This document shows, piece after piece, positions 48,096-57,451 of a stretch of DNA of 64,000 nucleotides. This DNA is from Candidatus Kapaibacterium sp. Lineage in GTDB: Bacteria > Bacteroidota > Ignavibacteria > Kapaibacteriales > UBA2268. Numbering within the stretch: the stretch's first letter is position 1; each line of letters opens with the position of its first letter. The DNA is taken from positions 4,096,001 through 4,160,000 of the forward strand of contig OY762428.1 of the NCBI GenBank assembly GCA_963665665.1. The letters run 5' to 3'. The notes under the pieces are model-generated. The model searched no databases. It was not told the DNA's origin and saw nothing but the letters and a program-made list of their open reading frames with translations. The position numbers were made by a program, and so were the translations under genes.

Positions 48096-49532
48096 ATGAG
48101 AATTCTAATTATTGAAGATCTACCGTCATTTCAGAAGTATGTAGAAAAAATACTGATGCTGGAGTATCGAAAAGAACTTTATGTGAAATCAGCAGATACT
48201 CTTGAAAAAGGACTGAAAATAATTAAAGAAGAAAATTTCGATATTTTTCTTTGTGATCTTGGATTACCGGACAGCAAAGGAGTTAATACAATTGAAGAAG
48301 TTAGGAAGATAAACAGGGTTACTCCCATCGTAATTATGTCTGCCAAAAATGATGAGGAAACCGTGATGGGGGCTTTAAGAAAAGATGCACAGGATTATCT
48401 ATTCAAAACCGAGATAAAAAGAGAAAACCTGATAAGGGCTATAAAGTATTCGATTGAAAGAAAAAAGCTTGAGCTAAAATGCAGGGAAACTGCATCAAGG
48501 CTGCATGCTGTAATGGATTCAATCCCTGATTTGATTTTGATCATGGATTTTGATAATAACATACTTGATTATTATACAAGTGACAGCAGTAAATTTCTTT
48601 TCGAACCGGAAGAAATGATCAATAAAAATCTTCTTGATCTTATTCCTGATGAATTTATCAACTTAGGCCGCAAACATTTTGACAGGGCAAAGATAACCGG
48701 TGAAATGCAGCAGTATTCTCACAGGTTTGAAAGAAATAATATCGAAAGATATTATGATTACAGAGTTAAACCTTTTGATAATGATAAGATTATGTTTATT
48801 ATCCGTGATCTGACAAAAGAAAAGGAATTTGAACGTCAGGTGTTTGAAAGCCAGAAAATGAAGGCTATTAGTAACCTTTCAGGTTCTGTGGCACATGAAT
48901 TCAACAGCCTGATGACTGCTGTTATCAATTATTCCGAATTGATAGGACAAATTGATAAAACATCACCCGAAGTTAAAACTTTTGCGGGTAAAATATTTGA
49001 TACTGCAACAAGAGCTGCAAAGCTATCATCGGAAATGCTTGCTTTTTCCAGTATGCAGATGTTTAATCCCGTTGAAATGAATTTTAATGAAGTTATAAAT
49101 AATATGCGTTCCATTTTCGAAAGCCTTGCCGGTGATGATATTCAATTATCATATCATCTTGATCACACACTGCCAAATGTTATCTTTGATACGAATCAGT
49201 TCCGCCAGATTATTATGAATTTAATTCTCAATGCGGTTCATGCCTGCAAAAATCAAGGCAAAGAGATAGTAATTGTTAGCAAAGCAATTAGCAGCCCAAA
49301 AGGTATTTATTCAGTATTAACTGTGATTGACAATGGTATTGGAATCCCCGAGGAAAATAAGTCAAGGATTTTTGAGCCTTTCTTTACACACGGTAAAGGA
49401 ACTAATTCAACGGGCCTGGGACTTTCGGTAGTTTATGGAATATTGATGCAACATGACGGATTTATTGAATTCGAATCCGGAATTAATAAGGGCAGTAAGT
49501 TTAGTGTATATATACCCAAAAAGGTGAAATAA
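48096..49532 (+). CDS. Hybrid receiver-PAS-histidine kinase
   Basis: ILIIED, CDLGLPDS, PAS domain (SIPDLILIMD), AHEFNSL, NLILNA, FEPFFT, TGLGLS. Confidence 0.9.
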   Translation: MRILIIEDLPSFQKYVEKILMLEYRKELYVKSADTLEKGLKIIKEENFDIFLCDLGLPDSKGVNTIEEVRKINRVTPIVIMSAKNDEETVMGALRKDAQDYLFKTEIKRENLIRAIKYSIERKKLELKCRETASRLHAVMDSIPDLILIMDFDNNILDYYTSDSSKFLFEPEEMINKNLLDLIPDEFINLGRKHFDRAKITGEMQQYSHRFERNNIERYYDYRVKPFDNDKIMFIIRDLTKEKEFERQVFESQKMKAISNLSGSVAHEFNSLMTAVINYSELIGQIDKTSPEVKTFAGKIFDTATRAAKLSSEMLAFSSMQMFNPVEMNFNEVINNMRSIFESLAGDDIQLSYHLDHTLPNVIFDTNQFRQIIMNLILNAVHACKNQGKEIVIVSKAISSPKGIYSVLTVIDNGIGIPEENKSRIFEPFFTHGKGTNSTGLGLSVVYGILMQHDGFIEFESGINKGSKFSVYIPKKVK

Positions 49533-50276
49533 ATGTTACTTTTCAAGTTAATATCCAACATTAGAAATATATTTGTTTTCATAGTATTGTTTTCAACGGT
49601 CAATTCCATCAGCAGTAAGGAAACAGATATACTCAGGCAAAGAGTAGACTATTACAAGCAGCGTTACGGTGATAAATGCCTTCAGGAGAAAATTACAGAT
49701 AATTTCGGTAATGGTTTCGAGGATTTGTACGGTACCCGAAACCTCAGGCCTGTAATTCACGGGATAGTATACCGTGGCGGGGCGAACAATTATTATCATA
49801 AATTAAACAAAAGGAAGAACAGCAATCCATTACCGATGGATGGCCTTATCCACCTTGCAAAAGAAGGCTTCAGCTCGGCTGTTTATCTTTATGCCAAGAA
49901 TTTTAATGAAAATGATTCCCTGATTCTGTCAGGCAGCGATACACTCAGATATTATAATAATACGCTGGACAACAAAAAGGATATCCGTGAAATGCTTGAA
50001 CTTGTGAAAAGTGTTTTCGATCATCCGGAGAAAGGCCCGGTTTACCTGCATTGCTGGAATGGCTGGCATCAGTCAGGCTACGCTTCGGCTCTTGTTTTGA
50101 TGCAGTTTTGCGGCTTTTCCAATTCCGAGGCTGCCGAATACTGGAGATCATGTGCTGACGGTGGTACCAAAGGTTATGAGCACATTATCAGGAAAATCAT
50201 GAAATTCAAACCTTTTCCGGATTTAAAAGTTAAACCTGACGGGAAAGAATATTTTTGCCCCTGTAACGAAAATTAG
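49533..50276 (+). CDS. Exported tyrosine/dual-specificity phosphatase-like protein with variant P-loop
   Basis: RNLRPV...VYRGG and GPVYLHCWNGWHQSG; N-terminal hydrophobic segment. Confidence 0.6.
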   Translation: MLLFKLISNIRNIFVFIVLFSTVNSISSKETDILRQRVDYYKQRYGDKCLQEKITDNFGNGFEDLYGTRNLRPVIHGIVYRGGANNYYHKLNKRKNSNPLPMDGLIHLAKEGFSSAVYLYAKNFNENDSLILSGSDTLRYYNNTLDNKKDIREMLELVKSVFDHPEKGPVYLHCWNGWHQSGYASALVLMQFCGFSNSEAAEYWRSCADGGTKGYEHIIRKIMKFKPFPDLKVKPDGKEYFCPCNEN

Positions 50277-50326
50277 AATTAACTTGTCTTATAATAAAAA
50301 AATAGCAACAAATAACGGAGATATTC

Positions 50327-53300
50327 ATGTGTAAGAGGACGATTCAGCTTATTGCACTGGCTTTTGTTTTTATTTTCTCAAATGCTTATTCCGGCCAGAC
50401 TGATTATGAGAAAGCCTGGGAGGAATTATTTAATAATAACGAAAAGGAAGCCGCGAAGCTTTTCCTGAAAGCCGCGGAAGATAAATCAGGGCCTGATTCA
50501 AAATTTGGATGGCTGATGCTGGCCATGATAGAGAACCAGGTTGAAACAGAGAAATTTGCCGGATTTAATTATTTCCAGAACTTTATTAAAGAAGAAAAGA
50601 ATCCCGAACCATATATTTTTGCTCTTTGGCCCACAATGGCAGTGAATTCAGGCTATAATGCAAAAGATGAAAGACAGCTTGATTTCCTGAATTCAATCCT
50701 GGAATCGAATAAATATAGCGGAACCCTTAAAGCTATGGCTGCCGAAATGATAGCTAAGCATTACGACCAAAAAATGGAATGGGATGATGCCGATGAATAC
50801 TATAGTATGATGGGCGCTATCATGGACTGGTCCTTTGCCGGGGAATTCGAAAATATTTCTGCCAGTGGGTTCGATAAAAATTACCCACCTGTTTTCAAAC
50901 CCGAAAATGATAATGTTTTTACGAATAAATATGGTGCTGAAGTCAGTTGGTTTTCCTGTGATAAAACCAGAACAGGGGAATGGATTCGCTTTACCAAGCA
51001 TTTCTATTTTCATAATGCGATAATATATGCACAAACCTTCGTTAACAGCCCGAAAGAGCAGACAGCTTTTATCCGTGTCGGTACATCGGGATCGTTGAAA
51101 ATATTTGTTAACGACAGCCTGGCATTAAGTGAGTCCGAAGAGAGAAATAATAATCTTGATACATATATAACCGAAGTAACATTGTCAAAAGGCTTTAATC
51201 GTTTGCTTCTTCAAATTGGTGAAAGCGAAGCCGGAGATTCAAATTTCATGTGCAGGATAACCGATAAGGAAGGAAATCCAATCAACGGATTATCTGTTCA
51301 GCCGGTATACTCCAAATCGGGAACAGCTTACAAGCCTTATAAAGGCATTAAACCTGTAGTACATCAACTGGACCCCGAAAAATATTTCGAAGATATGCTG
51401 GAAAAATATCCCGGCAATCCCGTTTTTACTCTTATGCTGTCAGAAACTTACCTTCTTAACGATAAGGTACAGAAGGCAAGAATGGTATTCGAGAAATTAG
51501 CCGAAAAACATCCTGATTGCGTTTTCCTTCTTGTTAAGGAAGTTACAGTTCTTCTCAGGGATGACAACAGAACTGAGCTAAGCAGGAAAGTTGAAAAAAT
51601 AAGGGATATTGATCCGAATCAGCCATTCGCGCTGACAGTGAATTTCCAGGAAGCAATGGATAACAAGGAATACGAGGAAGCTGCGGAATATTTGAAATCT
51701 CTCGAAGATTATTATGATAAAGAAATTGCCGATGTTTATAATTTCAGAATTCAGCTTGCCTCGGCACGCCAGGAAACCCAGAAAATGATAGAACTGATAC
51801 AGGAAGCTTACGCGAAATATCCCGAGAACCAGGCATTTGTTAATATGATGTTTATGGTACAGAACAGAGTGTTTCAGGATAAATCAAAAGCTGTGGATAT
51901 TCTGGAAGATTACCTTGACGAGCATTTTTCGGTTTCTATGTTAAAAACAAGAGCAGGATTTTATCTTAATGACGGAGATATGCAGGATGCTTTTGACCTT
52001 CTGGAAGTTTTAGTGGAATCAGAACCCGATAATGATTCTCATCTGAATTATATTGGAGAATTGTATTATGATTTGGGTAAATATGCCAAAGCAAGGGAAT
52101 ATTTCAGTAAATGTATTGAAATTGCCCCTTATGTGGGTTCTTACCATGCGGATATGGCAAAAACATACGAACAGGAAAATTTTGTGGGTGATGCAGTAAA
52201 ATTATATGAGAAATGCATTTACTATTCCCCGACTGATTACGATGTTCGGGCAAAGATAAGGGAATTAAAAGGCAATCGCCCGATATTTGAATTCTTTGAT
52301 GAACCTGACCTCTACGCATTATTTGAAAATGCTCCGGAACAGGATAAATATCCCGAGGATAACAGCCTGATACTTCTCGATGAAGTTCAGCGAGTTGTTT
52401 ATGGCAGGGGAGCCTCGGAAGAAAAACATTACATGGCTGTAAAGATTTTCAATGCTTCCGGGATTGATGCCTGGAAGGAAATGTACGTTCCGTACAGCAA
52501 CCAAAGATATAATATTGAAAAAGCAGAAGTGATAAAGAAAGACGGCAGTAAGATAAAAGCGGAAATAAGCGGTTCACATGTTGTTTTTACCACACTTGAG
52601 GAAGGTGACGGGATAATAATTATTTATAAACTTCAGGATTCACGTCACGTAGGTTTGGAAGGGAATTTCTGGGATAAACACTACTTTTCAATGTATGTTC
52701 CTTATCTGAAATCAAAGTATTCCCTGCTTATCAATCCTGATATCGAATTTGAACATAGGGTTATTAACTCCGAAATGAAGCCTGAAATTACTGATGTCAA
52801 TTCCTTTAAAATGTACGTGTGGGAAAAGCTTGACCAGCCGAGTATAAAATATGAAACACTTATGCCAGGGCTCGGGGATGTTGGAGAAATTCTTCATATC
52901 TCGTCTATTCCGGATTGGGATTACGTATCCAAGTGGTATTCCAGGCTGGCAAAAACAAAGGCTAAATCCGATATTGAAGTGCGTGAACTTGTAAGGGAAC
53001 TATTCGACGGAAAAGATAATCTTAAGGAATCTGAAATCGTACGTATGATATATGATTATATAGTTAAAAATATTCGCTACAGCTATGTTTCTTTTCGTCA
53101 GAGCGGAATGATACCACAGAAAGCCTCCAAAACTATTAATACCAAGATTGGGGATTGCAAGGACGTTTCCACACTGTTTGTTGCAATGTGCAGCGAAATG
53201 GACGTGAATTCCCAGCTTGTGCTGGTGGATACCAGGGACAACGGCAAGCTGGATATGGCATTGCCATCAATTGATTTCGACCACTGTATTGCTGCGGTAA

Positions 53301-54103
53301 ATGTGGACGGAAGCGACTACTACGTTGAGCTTACAAATGATTACAATCCCTTTTCCACAGTTTATTACGGCCTGATGGAAGCCTTCTCGCTAAAAATTGA
53401 CGACAATGAAAATATCGAAAACAAACCTGTTTACATTAATCCGCCTACAAGAGTAAAAAATACTGTTCAGCGATGGTCGGAGATCAGTTTTATTGATGAT
53501 AAAATGATAATCGAAAAGAAGAATGTTAAAACTGGCGGAAACGCTTCCATAATGCGTAGCGGGTACAGGGACGAAGGTGAAGAGCAGCGCATGAAAGATA
53601 TGCAGGAAGCTGTAAGCGACGAATTCCCCTCACTGAAAGTCACCCGGCTTGAATTTGATGATAATTTATATACAACCGGGGACACTCTGTCCTACCGCTA
53701 TGCCTACGAAGTGTATAATCCCATGACCAATATTGCAGGATTGTCATTATTCAAAATTCCATTATCCGACGGACTTAAGCCGGCAGATTTCCTGCCGCTT
53801 ATGGATAGAAAGTTCCCACTGGATATATGGCCTGTTTCGGGCGTGGATAATGAAACAGAATATTTGACAATAAATATTCCCGAGGGAATGATAATTGCAG
53901 AGTTACCTGAAAATACTATCCTGCAGGGGCCCGGAGCTAGCTACAAAATGGAATTTAAACTGAACGGGAACAAATTGGAGATAATCCGGAAAATTGAATA
54001 TAAAACTGATGAAATTCCGGCAGATAAATATAATGCCTTCAAGGACTTTTACGGTAGTGCCCTTACGTCCGATACAAGGCAGATTGCACTTAAGAAAAAA
54101 TAA
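50327..54103 (+). CDS. DUF3857/transglutaminase-like domain protein with TPR repeats
   Basis: Signal peptide; TPRs; NIRYSYV, GDCKDVSTL, FDHCIAAV; C-terminal DUF3858-like region. Confidence 0.85.
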   Translation: MCKRTIQLIALAFVFIFSNAYSGQTDYEKAWEELFNNNEKEAAKLFLKAAEDKSGPDSKFGWLMLAMIENQVETEKFAGFNYFQNFIKEEKNPEPYIFALWPTMAVNSGYNAKDERQLDFLNSILESNKYSGTLKAMAAEMIAKHYDQKMEWDDADEYYSMMGAIMDWSFAGEFENISASGFDKNYPPVFKPENDNVFTNKYGAEVSWFSCDKTRTGEWIRFTKHFYFHNAIIYAQTFVNSPKEQTAFIRVGTSGSLKIFVNDSLALSESEERNNNLDTYITEVTLSKGFNRLLLQIGESEAGDSNFMCRITDKEGNPINGLSVQPVYSKSGTAYKPYKGIKPVVHQLDPEKYFEDMLEKYPGNPVFTLMLSETYLLNDKVQKARMVFEKLAEKHPDCVFLLVKEVTVLLRDDNRTELSRKVEKIRDIDPNQPFALTVNFQEAMDNKEYEEAAEYLKSLEDYYDKEIADVYNFRIQLASARQETQKMIELIQEAYAKYPENQAFVNMMFMVQNRVFQDKSKAVDILEDYLDEHFSVSMLKTRAGFYLNDGDMQDAFDLLEVLVESEPDNDSHLNYIGELYYDLGKYAKAREYFSKCIEIAPYVGSYHADMAKTYEQENFVGDAVKLYEKCIYYSPTDYDVRAKIRELKGNRPIFEFFDEPDLYALFENAPEQDKYPEDNSLILLDEVQRVVYGRGASEEKHYMAVKIFNASGIDAWKEMYVPYSNQRYNIEKAEVIKKDGSKIKAEISGSHVVFTTLEEGDGIIIIYKLQDSRHVGLEGNFWDKHYFSMYVPYLKSKYSLLINPDIEFEHRVINSEMKPEITDVNSFKMYVWEKLDQPSIKYETLMPGLGDVGEILHISSIPDWDYVSKWYSRLAKTKAKSDIEVRELVRELFDGKDNLKESEIVRMIYDYIVKNIRYSYVSFRQSGMIPQKASKTINTKIGDCKDVSTLFVAMCSEMDVNSQLVLVDTRDNGKLDMALPSIDFDHCIAAVNVDGSDYYVELTNDYNPFSTVYYGLMEAFSLKIDDNENIENKPVYINPPTRVKNTVQRWSEISFIDDKMIIEKKNVKTGGNASIMRSGYRDEGEEQRMKDMQEAVSDEFPSLKVTRLEFDDNLYTTGDTLSYRYAYEVYNPMTNIAGLSLFKIPLSDGLKPADFLPLMDRKFPLDIWPVSGVDNETEYLTINIPEGMIIAELPENTILQGPGASYKMEFKLNGNKLEIIRKIEYKTDEIPADKYNAFKDFYGSALTSDTRQIALKKK

Positions 54104-54130
54104 GCTTCGTTTCAATTTTTTTAGTGTTTT

Positions 54131-54172
54131 CAGATGTCCGACACCCCCGGGGTATCGGACATCTGTTTTTTT
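54131..54172 (+). terminator. Rho-independent terminator (AGATGTCC family hairpin)
   Basis: CAGATGTCCGA...TCGGACATCTG followed by TTTTTTT. Confidence 0.7.
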
Positions 54173-54241
54173 AAGCTCCGTAGGAGCTTTTTCCCTCCTT
54201 CCGAAGGAGGTGGCCGGGGGGAGGTAGGAAGGGTCGAAAGC

Positions 54242-55382
54242 AAAGAACCAAAGTTTTAACCTATTGCTGCCTTGTTCGGAATCATTGCCGCCTTGTTTGT
54301 AAGCAAAGAAAGAAAACCACCCCTGTATTCCCCTCCTACTTTAGGAGGGGATAAGAAGTTAAATAACATAAGATTAACTCCCCCTCCTTTTGAAGGAGGG
54401 GGACGGGGGGAGGTAGGAAGGGTCTAAGTTATTGCACTGATGTTCTAACTCATTGCCGCCTTATTCTTCTTCAAAGCCCTCTCCTTCGGGGAGGGTTTGG
54501 GAGGGGTCGGAGTCATTGAGGTCTTGTTTGCACCTATTGCAGCAATGTTTTGCTTTATTGCTGCCTTGGTCGGAGGCATTGCTGCCTTGTTCCAAAGCAA
54601 AGAAAGAAAACCACCCCTGTATTCCCCTCCTACTTTAGGAGGGGATAAGAAGTTAAATATCATAGAATTAACTCCCCCTCCTTTTGAAGGAGGGGGGCGG
54701 GGGGAGGTAGAAAGTGTCGAAAGCAAAGCACCAATGGTTTAACCTATTGCTGCCTTGGTCTAAGTTATTGCACTGATGTTCTAACTCATTGCCGCCTTAT
54801 TCTTCTTCAAAGCCCGCCCCTTCGGGGAGGGTTTGGGAGCGGTCGATGCCATTGCAGCAATGTTTTGCTTTATTGATGCCTTGTTCGAAGTCATTGCCGC
54901 CTTGTTTGAAGATAATGACGCATTGTTCGAAATCAATGTACCAATGGTCGACGCTATTGCAGCAATGTTTTGCTTTATTGATGCCTTGTTTGAAGTCATT
55001 GCTGCCTTGGTCGGAGTCATTGCCGCCTTGTTCGAATCCATTGCTGCCTTGGTCGAAGTTATTGACGCCTTGGTTGAAGTTATTGCTGCCTTGTTCGGAG
55101 TTATTGCTGCCTTGGTCGAAGTCATTGATGCCTTGGTTGAAGGCATTGACGCCTTGGTCGAAGTTATTGACCCCTTGTTCGGAGTTATTGCTGCCTTGGT
55201 CGAAGTTATTGACGCCTTGGTCGAAGTCATTGCTGCCTTGGTCGAAGTTATTGACGTCTTGGTTGAAGATAATGAACTCTTGGTCGACACTATTGCAGCA
55301 ATGTTTTGCTTTATTGCTGCCTTGTTCGAAGTTATTGCTGCCTTGGTCGAAGTCATTGAACTCTTGGTCGGAGGCAAAGAAC
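54242..55382. repeat. Degenerate 21-bp tandem array (consensus ATTGCTGCCTTGGTCGAAGTT) with embedded REP-like palindromes
   Basis: ATT of successive units at 54263, 54284, 54431, 54452, 54515, 54536, 54557, 54578, 54746, 54767, 54788, 54851 ... 55355, all in the same mod-21 phase. Confidence 0.9.
54305..54430. repeat. REPIN-like doublet (two inverted CCCCTCCT...AGGAGGGG hairpins); second copy at 54599-54724
   Basis: ACCACCCC...CCCCTCCTACTTTAGGAGGGG and CCCCTCCTTTTGAAGGAGGGG...GGGGGGAGGT; the two copies are 294 bp apart. Confidence 0.8.
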
Positions 55383-55718
55383 ATGTTCAGTAAGATCAAC
55401 CAAGTGTTCAGTAAGATCAACCAAGTGTTCAGTAAAGCCAACCAAGTGTTCAGTAAGGTCAACCAAGTGTTCAGTAAAGCCAACCAAGTGTTCAGTAAAG
55501 CCAACCAAGTGTTCAGTAAAGCCAACCAAGTGTTCAGTAAGGTCAACCAAGTGTTCAGTAAGATCAACCAAGTGTTCAGTAAGATCAACCAAGTGTTCAG
55601 TAAGATCAACCAAGTGTTCAGTAAGGTCAACCAAGTGTTCAGTAAGATCAACCAAGTGTTCAGTAAGATTAACCAAGTGTTCAGTAAGATCAACCAAGTG
55701 TTCAGTAAAGCCAACCAA
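55383..55718. repeat. Near-perfect 21-bp tandem array, 16 units (GTGTTCAGTAAGATCAACCAA)
   Basis: 16 x 21 nt; variation is confined to AAGATC/AAAGCC/AAGGTC/AAGATT, apart from ATG for GTG in unit 1. Confidence 0.95.
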
Positions 55719-55763
55719 GCGTTCAATGAGGCCAAATTTCACTACATTAAGGCCAAACAGTAG
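55383..55763 (+). CDS. Possible 126-aa heptad-repeat protein M-FSKINQ(VFSK[I/A/V]NQ)15-AFNEAKFHYIKAKQ
   Basis: GGAGG at 55370-55374, 8 nt before ATG 55383; unit variation is synonymous or I/V/A in this frame. Confidence 0.35.
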   Translation: MFSKINQVFSKINQVFSKANQVFSKVNQVFSKANQVFSKANQVFSKANQVFSKVNQVFSKINQVFSKINQVFSKINQVFSKVNQVFSKINQVFSKINQVFSKINQVFSKANQAFNEAKFHYIKAKQ

Positions 55764-56036
55764 TTCAATACCTCCGGCCAAGGCAGTATAAAGTCCTGCC
55801 AACAAAGTATTTAGCCCAAACATATGGATTCTGGTTCAAAACAGCGTTGAAATAAGGAAATTATCCGGTTCATTGAAACCACAGGTTGGGGAATTAAGGC
55901 CGACGGCCTGTTCATTGGGGTGGAATAATGGGTAAACTGAGCAAAAGAATGAGATGTTATGTTGTCATTCCCCGACACGTCGGGGCAGGCTTCCGGAGCT
56001 TGCGACCGAAGAATCCATCTTTCTTTAGTAGCTGAT

Positions 56037-56154
56037 TCCCTCCTTCCCAAATTGAACTTGGGAATGAATTTTTCCTGCAAAGTTCTACTTTGGAATAGAG
56101 AAGCTCAGCTTCAAAAGAAAACTGCATTACGAAGTACAACTTCGTAATGAGGGA
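56037..56154. repeat. Four-hairpin palindromic element, copy 1 (others at 56657-56807 and 57709-57859)
   Basis: TTCCCAA..TTGGGAA, CAAAGT..ACTTTG, GAAGCTCAGCTTC, CATTACGAAGT..ACTTCGTAATG; ends TCCCTC/GAGGGA. Confidence 0.8.
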
Positions 56155-56163
56155 GAATGCATA

Positions 56164-56592
56164 AAGAATGGATTCTTCGCTGGCGCTCAGAATGACATCC
56201 CAGCCTTATAATCGTCAAATTCAATAGCCACGTGCATTCTCGTGGATAAAGTAGGCTAAGAAAAAGAATCCACCCCGACTCGCTGCGCTCGCCACCCCTC
56301 AACGAGGGGAATTTTAAGAATCCACCCCCGCCAGCGGGGGAAAGTGAGTTGATGTCCCCCTCAACGAGGGGGTGGCCGTTAGGCCGGGGGAGGATTCTTC
56401 GATTTGTAATTATTAGTTTATAAATTAAGAATGGATTCTTCGCTGGCGCTCAGAATGACATCCCAGCCTTATAATCATCAAATTCAATAGCCATGTGCAT
56501 TCTCGTGGATAAAGTAGGCTAAGAAAAAGAAACCACCCCTGCCTGTCCCGACGTGTCGGGAACTCGCTGCGCTCGCCACCCCTGAACGAGGG
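56164..56592. repeat. Direct repeat of ~145 bp (56164-56308 and 56427-56592) built from REP-like palindromes
   Basis: AAGAATGGATTCTTCGCTGGCGCTCAGAATGACATCCCAGCC...CTCGCTGCGCTCGCCACCCCT.AACGAGGG occurs twice; copy 2 carries a 21-nt insert. Confidence 0.85.
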
Positions 56593-56826
56593 AAATTTTC
56601 CGGAAATCCATCCCCGCCCTTTCCCGACTCGTCGGCGCCAGCGGTGGACATAAAGCCTCCTTCCCAAGCCCCCGCTTGGGAAGGTCATTTTCCTCAAAGC
56701 TTCTCTTTATGATTTCCTGAAGCTCAGTTTCAAAAGAAAACAGCATTACGAAGTGCAAGTTCGTAATGAGGGAAGAATGACACAGAAGATTATAAAATGT
56801 CTCAGGATTATCAATAAAAAAGTGGA

Positions 56827-57240
56827 TTATTTTTGAAGTTCAATGAATTGGTCAGGTGAAATAATCCTTGTACTTTGATAGGGATCTAAAACCAGAAGGT
56901 CTTTGTCTCCGCTGATAATATAATCTGCTTCTGAGCTTACTGCAAGGGATAAATATTTATTATCTTTTTCGTCCCTGCAGCCCGTTACTTCCTTTGTACT
57001 TTCAATCAGGGTAACATTTTTCGAATATTCGTTAAGAAAAGCCAGCCTCAGATCACGGTCTATATATTTATCGAATTTAGGTCGCATTAAAACTGTTTCA
57101 AGCTCATTCAGTGTCTGGATACTAACAAGGATTTCGCCCTTTCGGCGGGAGAGATCAAAAACTTTACGGGGCTTGCTGAAAGGAAAGCAAAGAGCACTGA
57201 TAATAATATTGGTATCAAGTATTATCTTCAAATCAATCAC
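56827..57240 (-). CDS. PIN-domain putative toxin (PIN_3 family)
   Basis: IILDTNIIISAL, ELETVLMRPKF, CRDEKDNKYL, ADYIISGDKDLL. Confidence 0.9.
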   Translation of the reverse strand: MIDLKIILDTNIIISALCFPFSKPRKVFDLSRRKGEILVSIQTLNELETVLMRPKFDKYIDRDLRLAFLNEYSKNVTLIESTKEVTGCRDEKDNKYLSLAVSSEADYIISGDKDLLVLDPYQSTRIISPDQFIELQK

Positions 57241-57451
57241 CTGACAGTATTTCGAAGAGTTTATCTTCTGTCAGGCCGTTAGCCATAGCCCGAAATCCTA
57301 CTTTATCCATCAGCAATTCAAGGCCATCCCTGTTTTTATCTTCTTTAAGCCATTCGGAAATTAAAAAATTGAGGCTGTTTTTCCTGTCATTGTCAGCTTT
57401 ATCGAAAAGAAGTGCTGTTTTTTCATCTACAGGTATGCTAATTTCTCTCAT
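57233..57451 (-). CDS. Putative antitoxin (72 aa)
   Basis: Small gene overlapping the PIN start; C-terminus A..NGLTEDKL..IL is typical of partners of this PIN family. Confidence 0.7.
   Translation of the reverse strand: MREISIPVDEKTALLFDKADNDRKNSLNFLISEWLKEDKNRDGLELLMDKVGFRAMANGLTEDKLFEILSGD

Noticed and set aside
55383-55718. CRISPR array
   Set aside because: Units are contiguous 21-mers with no unique spacers, and there are no cas genes in the window
54445-55823. Overlapping repeat-derived ORFs on both strands (TKAAITS, IAALVEV, DQGSNNF, LLNTWLI, TEHLVDL frames)
   Set aside because: A stop-poor 21-nt repeat leaves four of six frames open automatically; only the frame starting at 55383 has both an RBS and a conservative substitution pattern
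55811-56758. Short ORFs such as CHSERQRRIHS and PDTSGQA peptides
   Set aside because: They are translations of palindromic repeat elements, with no protein-family signal
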